Source of the DNA: an uncultured virus (IMG/VR IMGVR_UViG_3300009104_000003)
Taxonomy: Duplodnaviria > Heunggongvirae > Uroviricota > Caudoviricetes
DNA length: 64,000 nt
IMG/VR virus record: IMGVR_UViG_3300009104_000003
Reading direction: 5' to 3' (one strand)
Positions 1 to 8,289 of this stretch are shown here, in pieces. Position 1 is the stretch's first letter. Each line of letters opens with the position of its first letter. The notes beneath the pieces are model-generated. The model saw nothing but the letters and a program-made list of their open reading frames with translations, was not told the origin of the DNA and ran no database searches. Position numbers and translations under genes: made by a program.

Positions 1-185
1 TCAAAGGTTAATCTATCCCCTGTCATACCAAGGTTAACTCCTTTATAAGGAGTATCTATAGAAGATAAACTAATTCCAGGAAGGTTAGCTGCAGTACAAA
101 AGTACTCAGTATTAGCCATATTGGAATCAATCTTGAGTGTAAACCCTATAGGGCTTAAGAAATTTTTATTCGTCGTTAGGGCCAT
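1..185 (-). CDS. gp3: Tail completion/sheath stabilizer protein (T4 gp3-like), 5' part; runs off window start
   Basis: Not in ORF track. Manual translation from ATG at 185 gives MALTTNKNFLSPIGFTLKIDSNMANTEYFCTAANLPGISL..., the NFLSPxGF / EYFC..ANLPGI pattern of gp3; position downstream of gp23. Confidence 0.85.
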   Translation of the reverse strand, partial: MALTTNKNFLSPIGFTLKIDSNMANTEYFCTAANLPGISLSSIDTPYKGVNLGMTGDRLTF

Positions 186-366
186 AAGTTCTATTTTGCC
201 ATTTTTCTAATAACCAATCATGCCATCTATCTACATATTCATCTCTAGTTAGTCTATTTCCTGCTGCAGGTAAACTAAGATTTTCATCTTCGTTGTCTAA
301 CCACATTCTAGTACAGAAAGAATCAAAGTCATTTTGTAAATGCATCTGATTTGTTAATTTGGTCAT
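166..366 (-). CDS. Hypothetical protein (66 aa)
   Basis: ORF preceded by late promoter TATAAATA 5 nt upstream of ATG; 3' end overlaps gp3 start by 20 nt. Confidence 0.7.
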   Translation of the reverse strand: MTKLTNQMHLQNDFDSFCTRMWLDNEDENLSLPAAGNRLTRDEYVDRWHDWLLEKWQNRTYGPNDE

Positions 367-371
367 AATAC

Positions 372-379
372 TATTTATA
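372..379 (-). promoter_or_regulatory. T4-type late promoter TATAAATA
   Basis: Exact gp55 consensus on minus strand, intergenic. Confidence 0.85.
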
Positions 380-383
380 CGCC

Positions 384-412
384 AAAAAAAAGAGGATCCG
401 AAGATCCTCTTT
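384..412 (-). terminator. Rho-independent terminator after 71-aa ORF
   Basis: Minus strand GAGGATC-TTCG-GATCCTC hairpin (UUCG tetraloop) followed by T8. Confidence 0.9.
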
Positions 413-419
413 CCTTTAC

Positions 420-635
420 TTATTTTTCGTTTACGAATTCATTCAGTTGTCTAGCAACTTGAATAATATCTTCGCCAACAATCTCTCTTAACGGTAAAGT
501 TTTTTTATCGTTAGGAAAGTTATCGTTGTGCATATAAATCGCGTCACATTCTCTTTGCAAGTTTCCTTCCAAAAGACCTTGTGCTTGATTTAGTAAATCG
601 GCTCTGATTTCGAACCCAGATTTGTTATCTGCCAT
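420..635 (-). CDS. Hypothetical protein (71 aa)
   Basis: ORF with clear SD (CAGGAG) and its own late promoter and terminator. Confidence 0.8.
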   Translation of the reverse strand: MADNKSGFEIRADLLNQAQGLLEGNLQRECDAIYMHNDNFPNDKKTLPLREIVGEDIIQVARQLNEFVNEK

Positions 636-680
636 GATATTCTCCTGTGTGTATGTGTGTTAAGTCAAAATTGACATTTA

Positions 681-688
681 TATTTATA
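681..688 (-). promoter_or_regulatory. T4-type late promoter TATAAATA
   Basis: Exact consensus upstream of the 71-aa ORF. Confidence 0.85.
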
Positions 689-721
689 CGCCAAAAAAAA
701 GAGGATCCGAAGATCCTCTTT
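681..721. repeat. 41-bp direct repeat copy 2 (gp23 terminator + late promoter unit)
   Basis: Identical to 372-412. Confidence 0.95.
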
Positions 722-722
722 T
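693..722 (-). terminator. Rho-independent terminator after gp23
   Basis: GAGGATC-TTCG-GATCCTC hairpin + T8 on minus strand ~25 nt after gp23 stop. Confidence 0.9.
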
Positions 723-745
723 AGTTTGAATCGAATAGATTACGG

Positions 746-2065
746 TTAGACCATAATGTCGTCAACTCTGAAAATACGGAAATAAGGGTTAGCCCTATCA
801 GTACCAGTTCCGTCAACAGCGACGAAAGGATTGGTAACCATACCATATCTTGTTTTGAACCCAATACGAGGTTGGAAGTCACTCTCGCCGATCGCTTTGA
901 CCATAGTCAAAGGAACGTACGGGCAGTAGAACATACCAGCGTCATAAGGATTAGATCCGCGATACCCAACACATGCGAAATCGCCAGTTGAATAAGGATC
1001 TATGTAGACTTTTAAGCGTCCGTTAAGAACTCCAGCAAAAGTATTGCCAGTGTCATCAACAGATAGTCCAGTTGAAAGTGCAGGAGAGTAATCCATTACA
1101 CCTGAAGCTGCTAAAGCTGAAGCTACGTCAGAAGAACAAAGTACAAAGTTACCTTTTCCTCTACGAGTTTCTTTAGCAATTACGTTAGCTTCTCTTTCGA
1201 GTTGCATAACTAGGCCTTTGAATTTCTCTGCCATCCATCTACCATCAGAGTCAGTTCCGACATCAAAGATACCAGAAACTGCTGTGCTAGATTGAAGCGC
1301 ACCAATTTTTGCCTTCGTTAGAATTGTTCTAACAACTTCTCTATTGATTTCCGCAAGGATTTCAGCAGATAGAATATTAGCCAATTCACCTTCAGCGTCG
1401 AGGCCATGGATAGCTTTCAGATCTTGTGCTAATTCCATAGTATACTCAGCTTTCAGCGCTCTTGATTTAGCTGTAACGGTTGATTTCTCGATTGAGAAAG
1501 CCATTTCAGCGAATGCAGCACCAACTCCACCTGAAGTACCACGGGCTTCCGCAGTAGCTGTTGGTAAACCAGTACCAAATGTGCTAACAGTATCAGCAGT
1601 ATCGGCAATGGAACCATCGGTGTCGGCATCAGTAACACCTACTAATCCAGTTGGATCAGCTTGGTGAGTACCAGTACCTGAAAAGTCAGTATCAGCTTCA
1701 TCAAATAACGCTTCAGTTCCGCCTTGGGTTGTGTAACGAGATTTCATTGCGAAGATAAGGCCAGTTGGTCCAGACATTGGTTGGACTCCAGCTATATCAT
1801 ATGCAATCAAATTAGGCATTGCACGCCTAACTAAAGAAATTAAGACTGGATCGAAATTGTCGACACCAGAACCAGTGACGTTAGCCGCTGCCTCAGATAT
1901 ATCTCCAAAAGATCTTTGTTGTCTTTCTTCCCTTAGGGCTACTTCTTGGTTTTCAAGAAGACGTGCAGTAACCGCTTTTCGATATTTGTCATCGATCGCT
2001 GGAGCATCTTCATGCTCTAGGACAGGTGACCATTTTTCGATTAAGTTTTGGTCTGCGTTAAACAT
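746..2065 (-). CDS. gp23: Major capsid protein
   Basis: Hallmark motifs LIEKWSPVLEH, FDPVLISLVRRAMPNLIAYDIAGVQPMSGPTGLIFAM, SRALKAEYT, FQPRIGFKTRYG. Confidence 0.98.
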   Translation of the reverse strand: MFNADQNLIEKWSPVLEHEDAPAIDDKYRKAVTARLLENQEVALREERQQRSFGDISEAAANVTGSGVDNFDPVLISLVRRAMPNLIAYDIAGVQPMSGPTGLIFAMKSRYTTQGGTEALFDEADTDFSGTGTHQADPTGLVGVTDADTDGSIADTADTVSTFGTGLPTATAEARGTSGGVGAAFAEMAFSIEKSTVTAKSRALKAEYTMELAQDLKAIHGLDAEGELANILSAEILAEINREVVRTILTKAKIGALQSSTAVSGIFDVGTDSDGRWMAEKFKGLVMQLEREANVIAKETRRGKGNFVLCSSDVASALAASGVMDYSPALSTGLSVDDTGNTFAGVLNGRLKVYIDPYSTGDFACVGYRGSNPYDAGMFYCPYVPLTMVKAIGESDFQPRIGFKTRYGMVTNPFVAVDGTGTDRANPYFRIFRVDDIMV

Positions 2066-2093
2066 TTGTTAATTCCCCCATAAGGTTTAAATG

Positions 2094-3323
2094 TTATTGA
2101 TTGTGTTTACTAATGGCTTGAGTGTATGCAGACATTGTGTCAGATACTGGAACTGAATCAGCTCCGCTATCTTTCCCAACTAGTGCATCAGATTCATCAG
2201 TTGATCCCTCAGGCTCGGTTTTAAAATAAGACTCTTTGACGGTCTTAACTTTCATTTCGAAAGTTTCTTCGTCTTCAAAATCTATATCTTCAACTAAACC
2301 AGCGAGTTTCTCAGCTTCTGTATCTGCTAAGCCTGAAGATTGTCTACGAACGATGTCTGCTCTTTCAAAAGATTGAGCTTTGTCGTTTAATCGTATATTA
2401 TCTTCTGTGGATTTATTGAGTTGTTCTTCCAGTTCAGAAACTTGATCAGCGAGATCGTCGATCAGGTCAGCTTTACCTTCTGGAACTTCAATATAGTGTT
2501 CCTTGAACACAGATTGTAATGAACTCATGAACTCTTCAGCTATTTCAGTCCTAAGACCTTGCTGTACAGCTACTTCGTTCTCTTTCATCCAATTCTCAAT
2601 TACGTAGTTAAGATAAGAATCTACCTTTTCTACGATTTCGTTTTGAACGTCAGTTACTTCTGTTTCAAGATTTTGCGCATATTCAGACTCTAGTCTATCT
2701 ATCTCAGCACCTACTTTTGATGTGTAGGCAGCTTCGAAAATAGCTCCAGCCTTCTCACGGAATCCATCAGATAATGTAGCTTCGCTAGCTACAATAATAT
2801 CTAAATCATCTTCCCACTCAGCAGATTCTACTGGTGATTTAACGATTTTATCAGGATTGCTATCAGCTTCAGAAGATTTGGCTTTAACGGTTTTATCCTT
2901 TTCCTTCTTCTTCTGTGCATCAATAGCTTTATGTACTGATCCATCGTCTGTTGATTCGATATTAGAAATCATCTTTGCGAACAACTGTTGCGCTTCGTGC
3001 TTTTTAGCCTTTTTCAGCATTTCGACTGCGGCATTAATTACTCCAGCTTTAGTTTTTGGAACAGATGGAGCTGGAGGAGAAGATTCTTCAACCTCTTCCT
3101 CTTCTTCATCTTCTTCTTTCTTAACCTTAGCTTCGGCAACTTCTTCAACTTCCTCTTCAGAAATCTCTTCAGAAACTTCGTCAGACTCAGTTGATTGCTC
3201 TGCAACTACTCCTTCTTCGTTAGCTTCTACAGCTACTTCCAAAGTTTCATCTTGAGCTTCTGCTTCATCAGAAACGCCTTCGACTACGTTAGTGATTGTA
3301 TCACTTAAGTTTTCGTTTGACAT
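2094..3323 (-). CDS. gp22: Prohead core scaffolding protein
   Basis: LSDGFREKAGAIFEAA, VDSYLNYVIENWMKENEVAV..GLRTEIAEEF, FKEHYIEVPE; between gp21 and gp23. Confidence 0.93.
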   Translation of the reverse strand: MSNENLSDTITNVVEGVSDEAEAQDETLEVAVEANEEGVVAEQSTESDEVSEEISEEEVEEVAEAKVKKEEDEEEEEVEESSPPAPSVPKTKAGVINAAVEMLKKAKKHEAQQLFAKMISNIESTDDGSVHKAIDAQKKKEKDKTVKAKSSEADSNPDKIVKSPVESAEWEDDLDIIVASEATLSDGFREKAGAIFEAAYTSKVGAEIDRLESEYAQNLETEVTDVQNEIVEKVDSYLNYVIENWMKENEVAVQQGLRTEIAEEFMSSLQSVFKEHYIEVPEGKADLIDDLADQVSELEEQLNKSTEDNIRLNDKAQSFERADIVRRQSSGLADTEAEKLAGLVEDIDFEDEETFEMKVKTVKESYFKTEPEGSTDESDALVGKDSGADSVPVSDTMSAYTQAISKHNQ

Positions 3324-3343
3324 TTTTGTCTCCCAAAGTGAGT

Positions 3344-3991
3344 TTAAAGTTTAGAGAGGAAATTTTTAAACGCCCTCATCTCAACATCTGGTAAACCAAT
3401 TGTTGAAGCACGTTTTATTTCAGTCTCAATTTTTTCAATTTCTTGAGCTTCTAAGATACCATTATTCCATACCCAGTCAACTCCTTCCATGACTCCGTTA
3501 ACAAAAGCTGACGGAGCAGAAGGGTCTTGGACTATATCAACGGAGGCTAACATAAAGTCATCCCTCACATACATGCCACCTTTTCTGTTCTCAAGAGTTC
3601 CCATACCACGACTTGATACACCCAACTTTACACCACCTTCAAGTAAACCTTCAACGATTTGACCCATAGGGGTTTTAAGTATGGATGCTTTCCCTATAAC
3701 ATTATTTCCCTGAAATTCCAGGTTCGTAATCTTATGTGAAACTTTGTCAAGGTTAACAGTTGGTCCTTCCGGATGATTTAACTCTCCAACCGCTCTACCT
3801 TGTGAAACCTGCTCTTTTACGTATTTCTTTACAGCAGATTCCAAAATTCTTTTTTCGTATACACGACCGTTTCGATTCTTTGTCTCGGCCTGCATAAACA
3901 CACCTTCAATGTGCATACTTTTTTTACCATTAGCTGCTTTCTCAACGAGAATTTCTAATGGGCTATTAATATATTCTGATATTAACTTCAT
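3344..3991 (-). CDS. gp21: Prohead core protease
   Basis: IEGVFMQAE.KNRNGRVY, GELNHP, GVSSRGMG, DIVQDPSAPSAFV motifs. Confidence 0.96.
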   Translation of the reverse strand: MKLISEYINSPLEILVEKAANGKKSMHIEGVFMQAETKNRNGRVYEKRILESAVKKYVKEQVSQGRAVGELNHPEGPTVNLDKVSHKITNLEFQGNNVIGKASILKTPMGQIVEGLLEGGVKLGVSSRGMGTLENRKGGMYVRDDFMLASVDIVQDPSAPSAFVNGVMEGVDWVWNNGILEAQEIEKIETEIKRASTIGLPDVEMRAFKNFLSKL

Positions 3992-4210
3992 TTATTCCTC
4001 TTTGTTTAAAAGTTCTAAAAACTCTTTAACTGCGACTTCAGCATCTAGAATATTTTCAAATTCTTCATCTAATAAAGTACCATTTATTGATACTTGGTAT
4101 ATATCTCTCTCATTATAAAAGATTATATTATTATCTTCTTCACTAAGTCTTTTTACGACTATAGCTTGATTTCCTAGACTCTTTCTGAGCTCGCTAAATA
4201 ACAAAGCCAT
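3992..4210 (-). CDS. Small prohead core protein (gp68-like position)
   Basis: 72-aa ORF between gp67-like ORF and gp21; assignment by synteny. Confidence 0.6.
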   Translation of the reverse strand: MALLFSELRKSLGNQAIVVKRLSEEDNNIIFYNERDIYQVSINGTLLDEEFENILDAEVAVKEFLELLNKEE

Positions 4211-4377
4211 TACTCCACTTCTTTTTCTTCAGGTTCTTTCCCTGTTGAAGAAGCTATATCAATTTTCTTAGCATCTAAAGCATCATTTAATTTAGTTTTC
4301 ATTACATTATCAAATGCTTTATTTGCTTTAACACTATCTCCTTTAGAGATGTTATCAATCAATTCATTTGTATTCAT
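4210..4377 (-). CDS. Small prohead core protein (gp67-like), 55 aa
   Basis: Not in ORF track (<60 aa). Manual translation MNTNELIDNISKGDSVKANKAFDNVMKTKLNDALDAKKIDIASSTGKEPEEKEVE; SD GAGGA; stop overlaps next ATG (TAATG); synteny after gp20. Confidence 0.8.
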   Translation of the reverse strand: MNTNELIDNISKGDSVKANKAFDNVMKTKLNDALDAKKIDIASSTGKEPEEKEVE

Positions 4378-4395
4378 AAAGTTTTCCTCTGTATC

Positions 4396-4403
4396 TATTT
4401 ATA
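4396..4403 (-). promoter_or_regulatory. T4-type late promoter TATAAATA
   Basis: Exact consensus between gp20 and the gp67-like ORF. Confidence 0.8.
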
Positions 4404-4407
4404 AAAT

Positions 4408-5889
4408 TTAAATGTCTAGATCAAGATCTTCGCCATCATCTTCTGATTCTGTTTCGATCTGTCTATCTATTTCTTCTATTTCGTCATCAGATTGTCTTAA
4501 TATCTGCTTACGAATCCATTCATTTGAAACATATTTACCTACATATTCATCTAACGAGGCTAACATTTCAAATCTTTCTCGAATCATTTCTGATTCTTTT
4601 AACTCACTGAAGTAATTATCTTCAATAAAGTCAAAAACTATTTGTTCTTTCCAAGAATCCCAATCTTGTTTAGTTATAACCTTCTTAAGCAATAACTGTG
4701 TTCTTAAAGCTTGGAAGAATAAGTCTGAGAATCTTTTTCTAAGTCTATCGATGAATTTCTTAAATTTAACTTCATCTCTAGATATTTCAGTAGAACGACC
4801 AAGACTAAATTGAGCTTCTTGTTCTAATCTATTAATAGGAACGTTTAATGCTCTATATAGTTTCTTTTGGAAGTATATAATATCATCAATATTACCAAGG
4901 TTTTCTCCACCTGGTAGTGTTGATATTTCAGTTCCTCTTCCGCCTTCTCTTCTAGGTAAAAAGAAATCTTCCATCATGGACATATGTTTCTTATCGTCCT
5001 TGATCTCACCTGTACTAGCATCATATACCAATTTATTTCTATATTGGCTCATTATATTCTTAAGATATTCTTCTGCCTTACCTTTAGGTAAGTTACCAAC
5101 ATCAATATAAAATATTCTACGTTCAGGAGCTCTTGAAAGCCTATATATTACTAATGAATCCTCCATCATTCGGAGTTGATTCACAGGTTTAATTGCTTTC
5201 TGTAGATAAGATAATATTCTTGATCTACCAGGATCTAATTGGCCTGAGGTACAATATATTATAGAATCAGGGTGTATCTTAACACCTTGATTATGTTTTT
5301 CCATCATATTGTCTTGAAAGATAAAATACTCATCCTGCTTTACTATTAATTTAGCGCCGGTTTTAGGATCATCTTTCTCTTCGATCTCTTTAACTTTCCT
5401 CAATTTAACAGGGTCAATATATCTTAATTCTTTAATACCCGCTTGAGGTTTACTTTCATCAATTATTACATGATAAGGTAATCTTCCATCAACATACCAT
5501 TTTCTAAATATATCATGTGCATACTGATTAAAGTTAACAAGTTTTAATATTTGATCAAACTCATTTCTAATACTATCTTTAATTTGGTCTGATACATCTA
5601 ATGCATCTAAGATAATATTAACTGGAGATTCATCATGATCTCCAACAATACTTTCATTAATAATATCTTCAATAGCTGCATCACACTCTGGCTGAGCTGC
5701 TATATCTCTATATTTCAATAATAAATCTATTTCATTTTTGGCTTTATCTCCATCTATATCGAGATATACACCAAAATGACCGCCGGTTGTTATAACACCA
5801 GCGCCATCCGATTCTGTATCAGGTACAAAAGAAGGACGTTCAGGTCCTTTCTTCTTCCTATTGATTTCAAATCCAAAAAATTCTGCCAT
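4408..5889 (-). CDS. gp20: Portal vertex protein
   Basis: FRKWYVDGR, NQLRMMEDSLVIYRLSRAPERRIFYIDVGNLPKGKAEEYL, LPRREGGRGTEISTLPGG. Confidence 0.98.
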   Translation of the reverse strand: MAEFFGFEINRKKKGPERPSFVPDTESDGAGVITTGGHFGVYLDIDGDKAKNEIDLLLKYRDIAAQPECDAAIEDIINESIVGDHDESPVNIILDALDVSDQIKDSIRNEFDQILKLVNFNQYAHDIFRKWYVDGRLPYHVIIDESKPQAGIKELRYIDPVKLRKVKEIEEKDDPKTGAKLIVKQDEYFIFQDNMMEKHNQGVKIHPDSIIYCTSGQLDPGRSRILSYLQKAIKPVNQLRMMEDSLVIYRLSRAPERRIFYIDVGNLPKGKAEEYLKNIMSQYRNKLVYDASTGEIKDDKKHMSMMEDFFLPRREGGRGTEISTLPGGENLGNIDDIIYFQKKLYRALNVPINRLEQEAQFSLGRSTEISRDEVKFKKFIDRLRKRFSDLFFQALRTQLLLKKVITKQDWDSWKEQIVFDFIEDNYFSELKESEMIRERFEMLASLDEYVGKYVSNEWIRKQILRQSDDEIEEIDRQIETESEDDGEDLDLDI

Positions 5890-5941
5890 GCTCTATCCTA
5901 TAATATTATCAGAGGGGAAAGCATTTTCCCCCCATCAAATA

Positions 5942-5949
5942 TATTTATA
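5942..5949 (-). promoter_or_regulatory. T4-type late promoter TATAAATA upstream of gp20
   Basis: Exact consensus, intergenic. Confidence 0.8.
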
Positions 5950-5953
5950 CTAC

Positions 5954-6484
5954 TTATGAAGTAGTGTCTGATTCCCAATACTGAACCTGTAGTTCTACAG
6001 CAAAGTCTTCAATTGCATCATTAGAGCTGTAATCAAGAGCGATCTCAGCCACCGAAGATGGCCAACATCCGCGGAAATCATACCTCTTAGAAGTAGTTCC
6101 GTCTTTTCTTAATTGCTCAACAACAACATCTGCAGAATAATCATTCATATCAACTAATCCTGTATTACTCTGATGATTGTTAATACCATTCATCCATTGC
6201 TCAAAAGCTTTTCTTACATTAAATTCAGCATCATTAATAATAGTAAGAGAAAGAGCTCCAAAGGTTCTATCTCCAGCTAAATTAAGTTTCCTTCCTCTAA
6301 AATCAACCGCAATTGGGCCAATTGTAGATGCAGGAAGTGAAGCTGTTTTACATAAGAATGAAGTTAATTCAACATCCGCCGCTTCGACGAAAGTTGGGAA
6401 ATTAACAGTTGCTTTAAATAAAGAAGGTCTAGCACCGCCACCAGCCAATTTCGATTTAAAATCGTCTATGCCTAAAATTGCCAT
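5954..6484 (-). CDS. gp19: Tail tube protein
   Basis: GGARPSLF, FRGRKLNLAGDRTF, FEQWMNGIN, IEDFAVELQVQYW. Confidence 0.95.
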   Translation of the reverse strand: MAILGIDDFKSKLAGGGARPSLFKATVNFPTFVEAADVELTSFLCKTASLPASTIGPIAVDFRGRKLNLAGDRTFGALSLTIINDAEFNVRKAFEQWMNGINNHQSNTGLVDMNDYSADVVVEQLRKDGTTSKRYDFRGCWPSSVAEIALDYSSNDAIEDFAVELQVQYWESDTTS

Positions 6485-6497
6485 GTCTTATCCTCCC

Positions 6498-8201
6498 TTA
6501 ACCTGCAGAACCAGCTATTTCAGTAAATGAAACGCCAGATCTGGTAGCTACAAAGTTTAAAGTAATATAATTAATAGATCTTGCAGGCTTGATATAAATA
6601 TCAGCTACAAAACTATTAGTGTCTATTACTTGACTTGTATTGTTGGTTTCATCGCAAATGACTGAAAAATCTGTCAGTCCTCTACGACCCTTGACATCTC
6701 TTAAGAAAGGCTCTACCAAATTCTTAAACTGAGCTCTTGTGAATTCATCGTTGAATTCGAACAATTGAGCTTTAGCTGCAGTTGATACTGCCTTCTCTAA
6801 AGTGATGAATAATCTACGTACATTAATACGATCAAATGCAGAAGGTTTTGCTAATAGGGTTTTATCTCCAAATAGCATAGTACCTTGTCCAGGTAATGAT
6901 ACTAAAGGATTAACTCTTCCCTTGTATAGAGTATCTCTATCCGCTTGGACAGGATTCCATGCAAGTTTAGTTATACCTAATAGTTGTCCTCTGCTTACAC
7001 CAGCTGGTGAATACCAAGCATCTGCAACTCTATCTGTATTAGCACATAATCCAGCAACGTGACCAGCTGCGCCTATCCAACGGTAAGTATCATTGTACTT
7101 ATCGTAAACATAAACTGCAGAAGAATCACATACTGCGTATGAGCTAGAAGTTAGACCATTTGCAAACGCCATAACATCCGTAGCAGGAGCAGAAGCCCCT
7201 TGGCTATCTTCGATTGGAGGTGAGACAAAAGCTACACAATCTTTTCTTGCGTTAGCAATAGAGATTAAGTCTTCAGCAATTGTTTCTGCTCCATTAGCAT
7301 CTGGGCAAGCAAACAATAAACCAACATCAACTGTTTCGGCATCTTCCAATAGGTCGTAACCTGTTGCAATCTCACCAACAGTAGGTGCGTTATCATCTGT
7401 TCCACCAGTTAACGAATCTTCAATAGCAGCCGTATGGCCAGCTATTGCAGTCGTAGCTGCTAATCTTAGATCAGCCCCAGCATTAGTTAATGTAGATGAA
7501 TGATCCATCCATCGTACGTAGTCGGAACCATTATTTACCACATCAACGTAGTAATTAGATGTTCCATCTGGGTTTTTAGCATCAGAAGCTTGTGAAGCAT
7601 ATGCAAATGTTTCTAAAACAGTACCTGCGGTACCACTAAATACTCCATCTTCATCTATAACTGCTACATGAACTTCATCACCTATCGACCCCTTACCAAG
7701 ATTCGCCGCGTACGTCGAAGTTCCTGGTGCACCATTGAAAGATGAGCTATAAGCCCAACCAGAAAAACTGGTGATTCCTTCAGTGATTAATGATACCTTC
7801 AAACTATTTCCTTTGACACCTGGATATTTAGCAGCCCAGTGACCAACGGCCCCTGCACCAGTATTATACCCTGAATCAACATAGTGAGTATCATTTTTAA
7901 TCAAAAGTCCGTTATCCGCCACACCTGTAGCATTTAAATGCCCAGACTGGACGCGAACTACTTTCAAAGCGTTGCCGTACTTTAAGAACGACGCGGCTGT
8001 AAGAAAGTATTTGTATGTATTGTCATCCGGAGCACCAAAGGTATCAGCTAAGCTCTGTTCAGAACTAATGCTAACAACTTCACCGACCGGACCCCAATTA
8101 AATGACCCAGCGAATCCACCAATGCTAGTAGATACGGCAGGTACTACAGCAGTTGCGTCAATTTCATTGACTTGAACTCCTGGTGATACTTGAAATGCCA
8201 T
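6498..8201 (-). CDS. gp18: Tail sheath protein
   Basis: MAFQVSPGVQVNEID, FNWGP, WYSPAG, GDKT, SAFDRINVRRLF, IKPARSINYITLNFVATRSGVSF. Confidence 0.97.
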   Translation of the reverse strand: MAFQVSPGVQVNEIDATAVVPAVSTSIGGFAGSFNWGPVGEVVSISSEQSLADTFGAPDDNTYKYFLTAASFLKYGNALKVVRVQSGHLNATGVADNGLLIKNDTHYVDSGYNTGAGAVGHWAAKYPGVKGNSLKVSLITEGITSFSGWAYSSSFNGAPGTSTYAANLGKGSIGDEVHVAVIDEDGVFSGTAGTVLETFAYASQASDAKNPDGTSNYYVDVVNNGSDYVRWMDHSSTLTNAGADLRLAATTAIAGHTAAIEDSLTGGTDDNAPTVGEIATGYDLLEDAETVDVGLLFACPDANGAETIAEDLISIANARKDCVAFVSPPIEDSQGASAPATDVMAFANGLTSSSYAVCDSSAVYVYDKYNDTYRWIGAAGHVAGLCANTDRVADAWYSPAGVSRGQLLGITKLAWNPVQADRDTLYKGRVNPLVSLPGQGTMLFGDKTLLAKPSAFDRINVRRLFITLEKAVSTAAKAQLFEFNDEFTRAQFKNLVEPFLRDVKGRRGLTDFSVICDETNNTSQVIDTNSFVADIYIKPARSINYITLNFVATRSGVSFTEIAGSAG

Positions 8202-8280
8202 CGCTTTATCCTCTCAAAAAGGTTTGTTTATAAGTTAAATTTATAATATTAAACATAATAAGGTTATTTTCACTCGTAAC

Positions 8281-8288
8281 TATTTATA
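8281..8288 (-). promoter_or_regulatory. T4-type late promoter TATAAATA upstream of gp18
   Basis: Exact consensus right after gp17 stop. Confidence 0.8.
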
Positions 8289-8289
8289 A

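Larger units (their letters stand above)
372..412. repeat. 41-bp direct repeat copy 1 (terminator + late promoter unit)
   Basis: tatttatacgccaaaaaaaagaggatccgaagatcctcttt, identical to 681-721. Confidence 0.95.

Noticed and set aside
372..721. CRISPR-like array
   Set aside because: Only two repeat copies 309 bp apart, enclosing a gene; the repeat is explained as terminator + promoter
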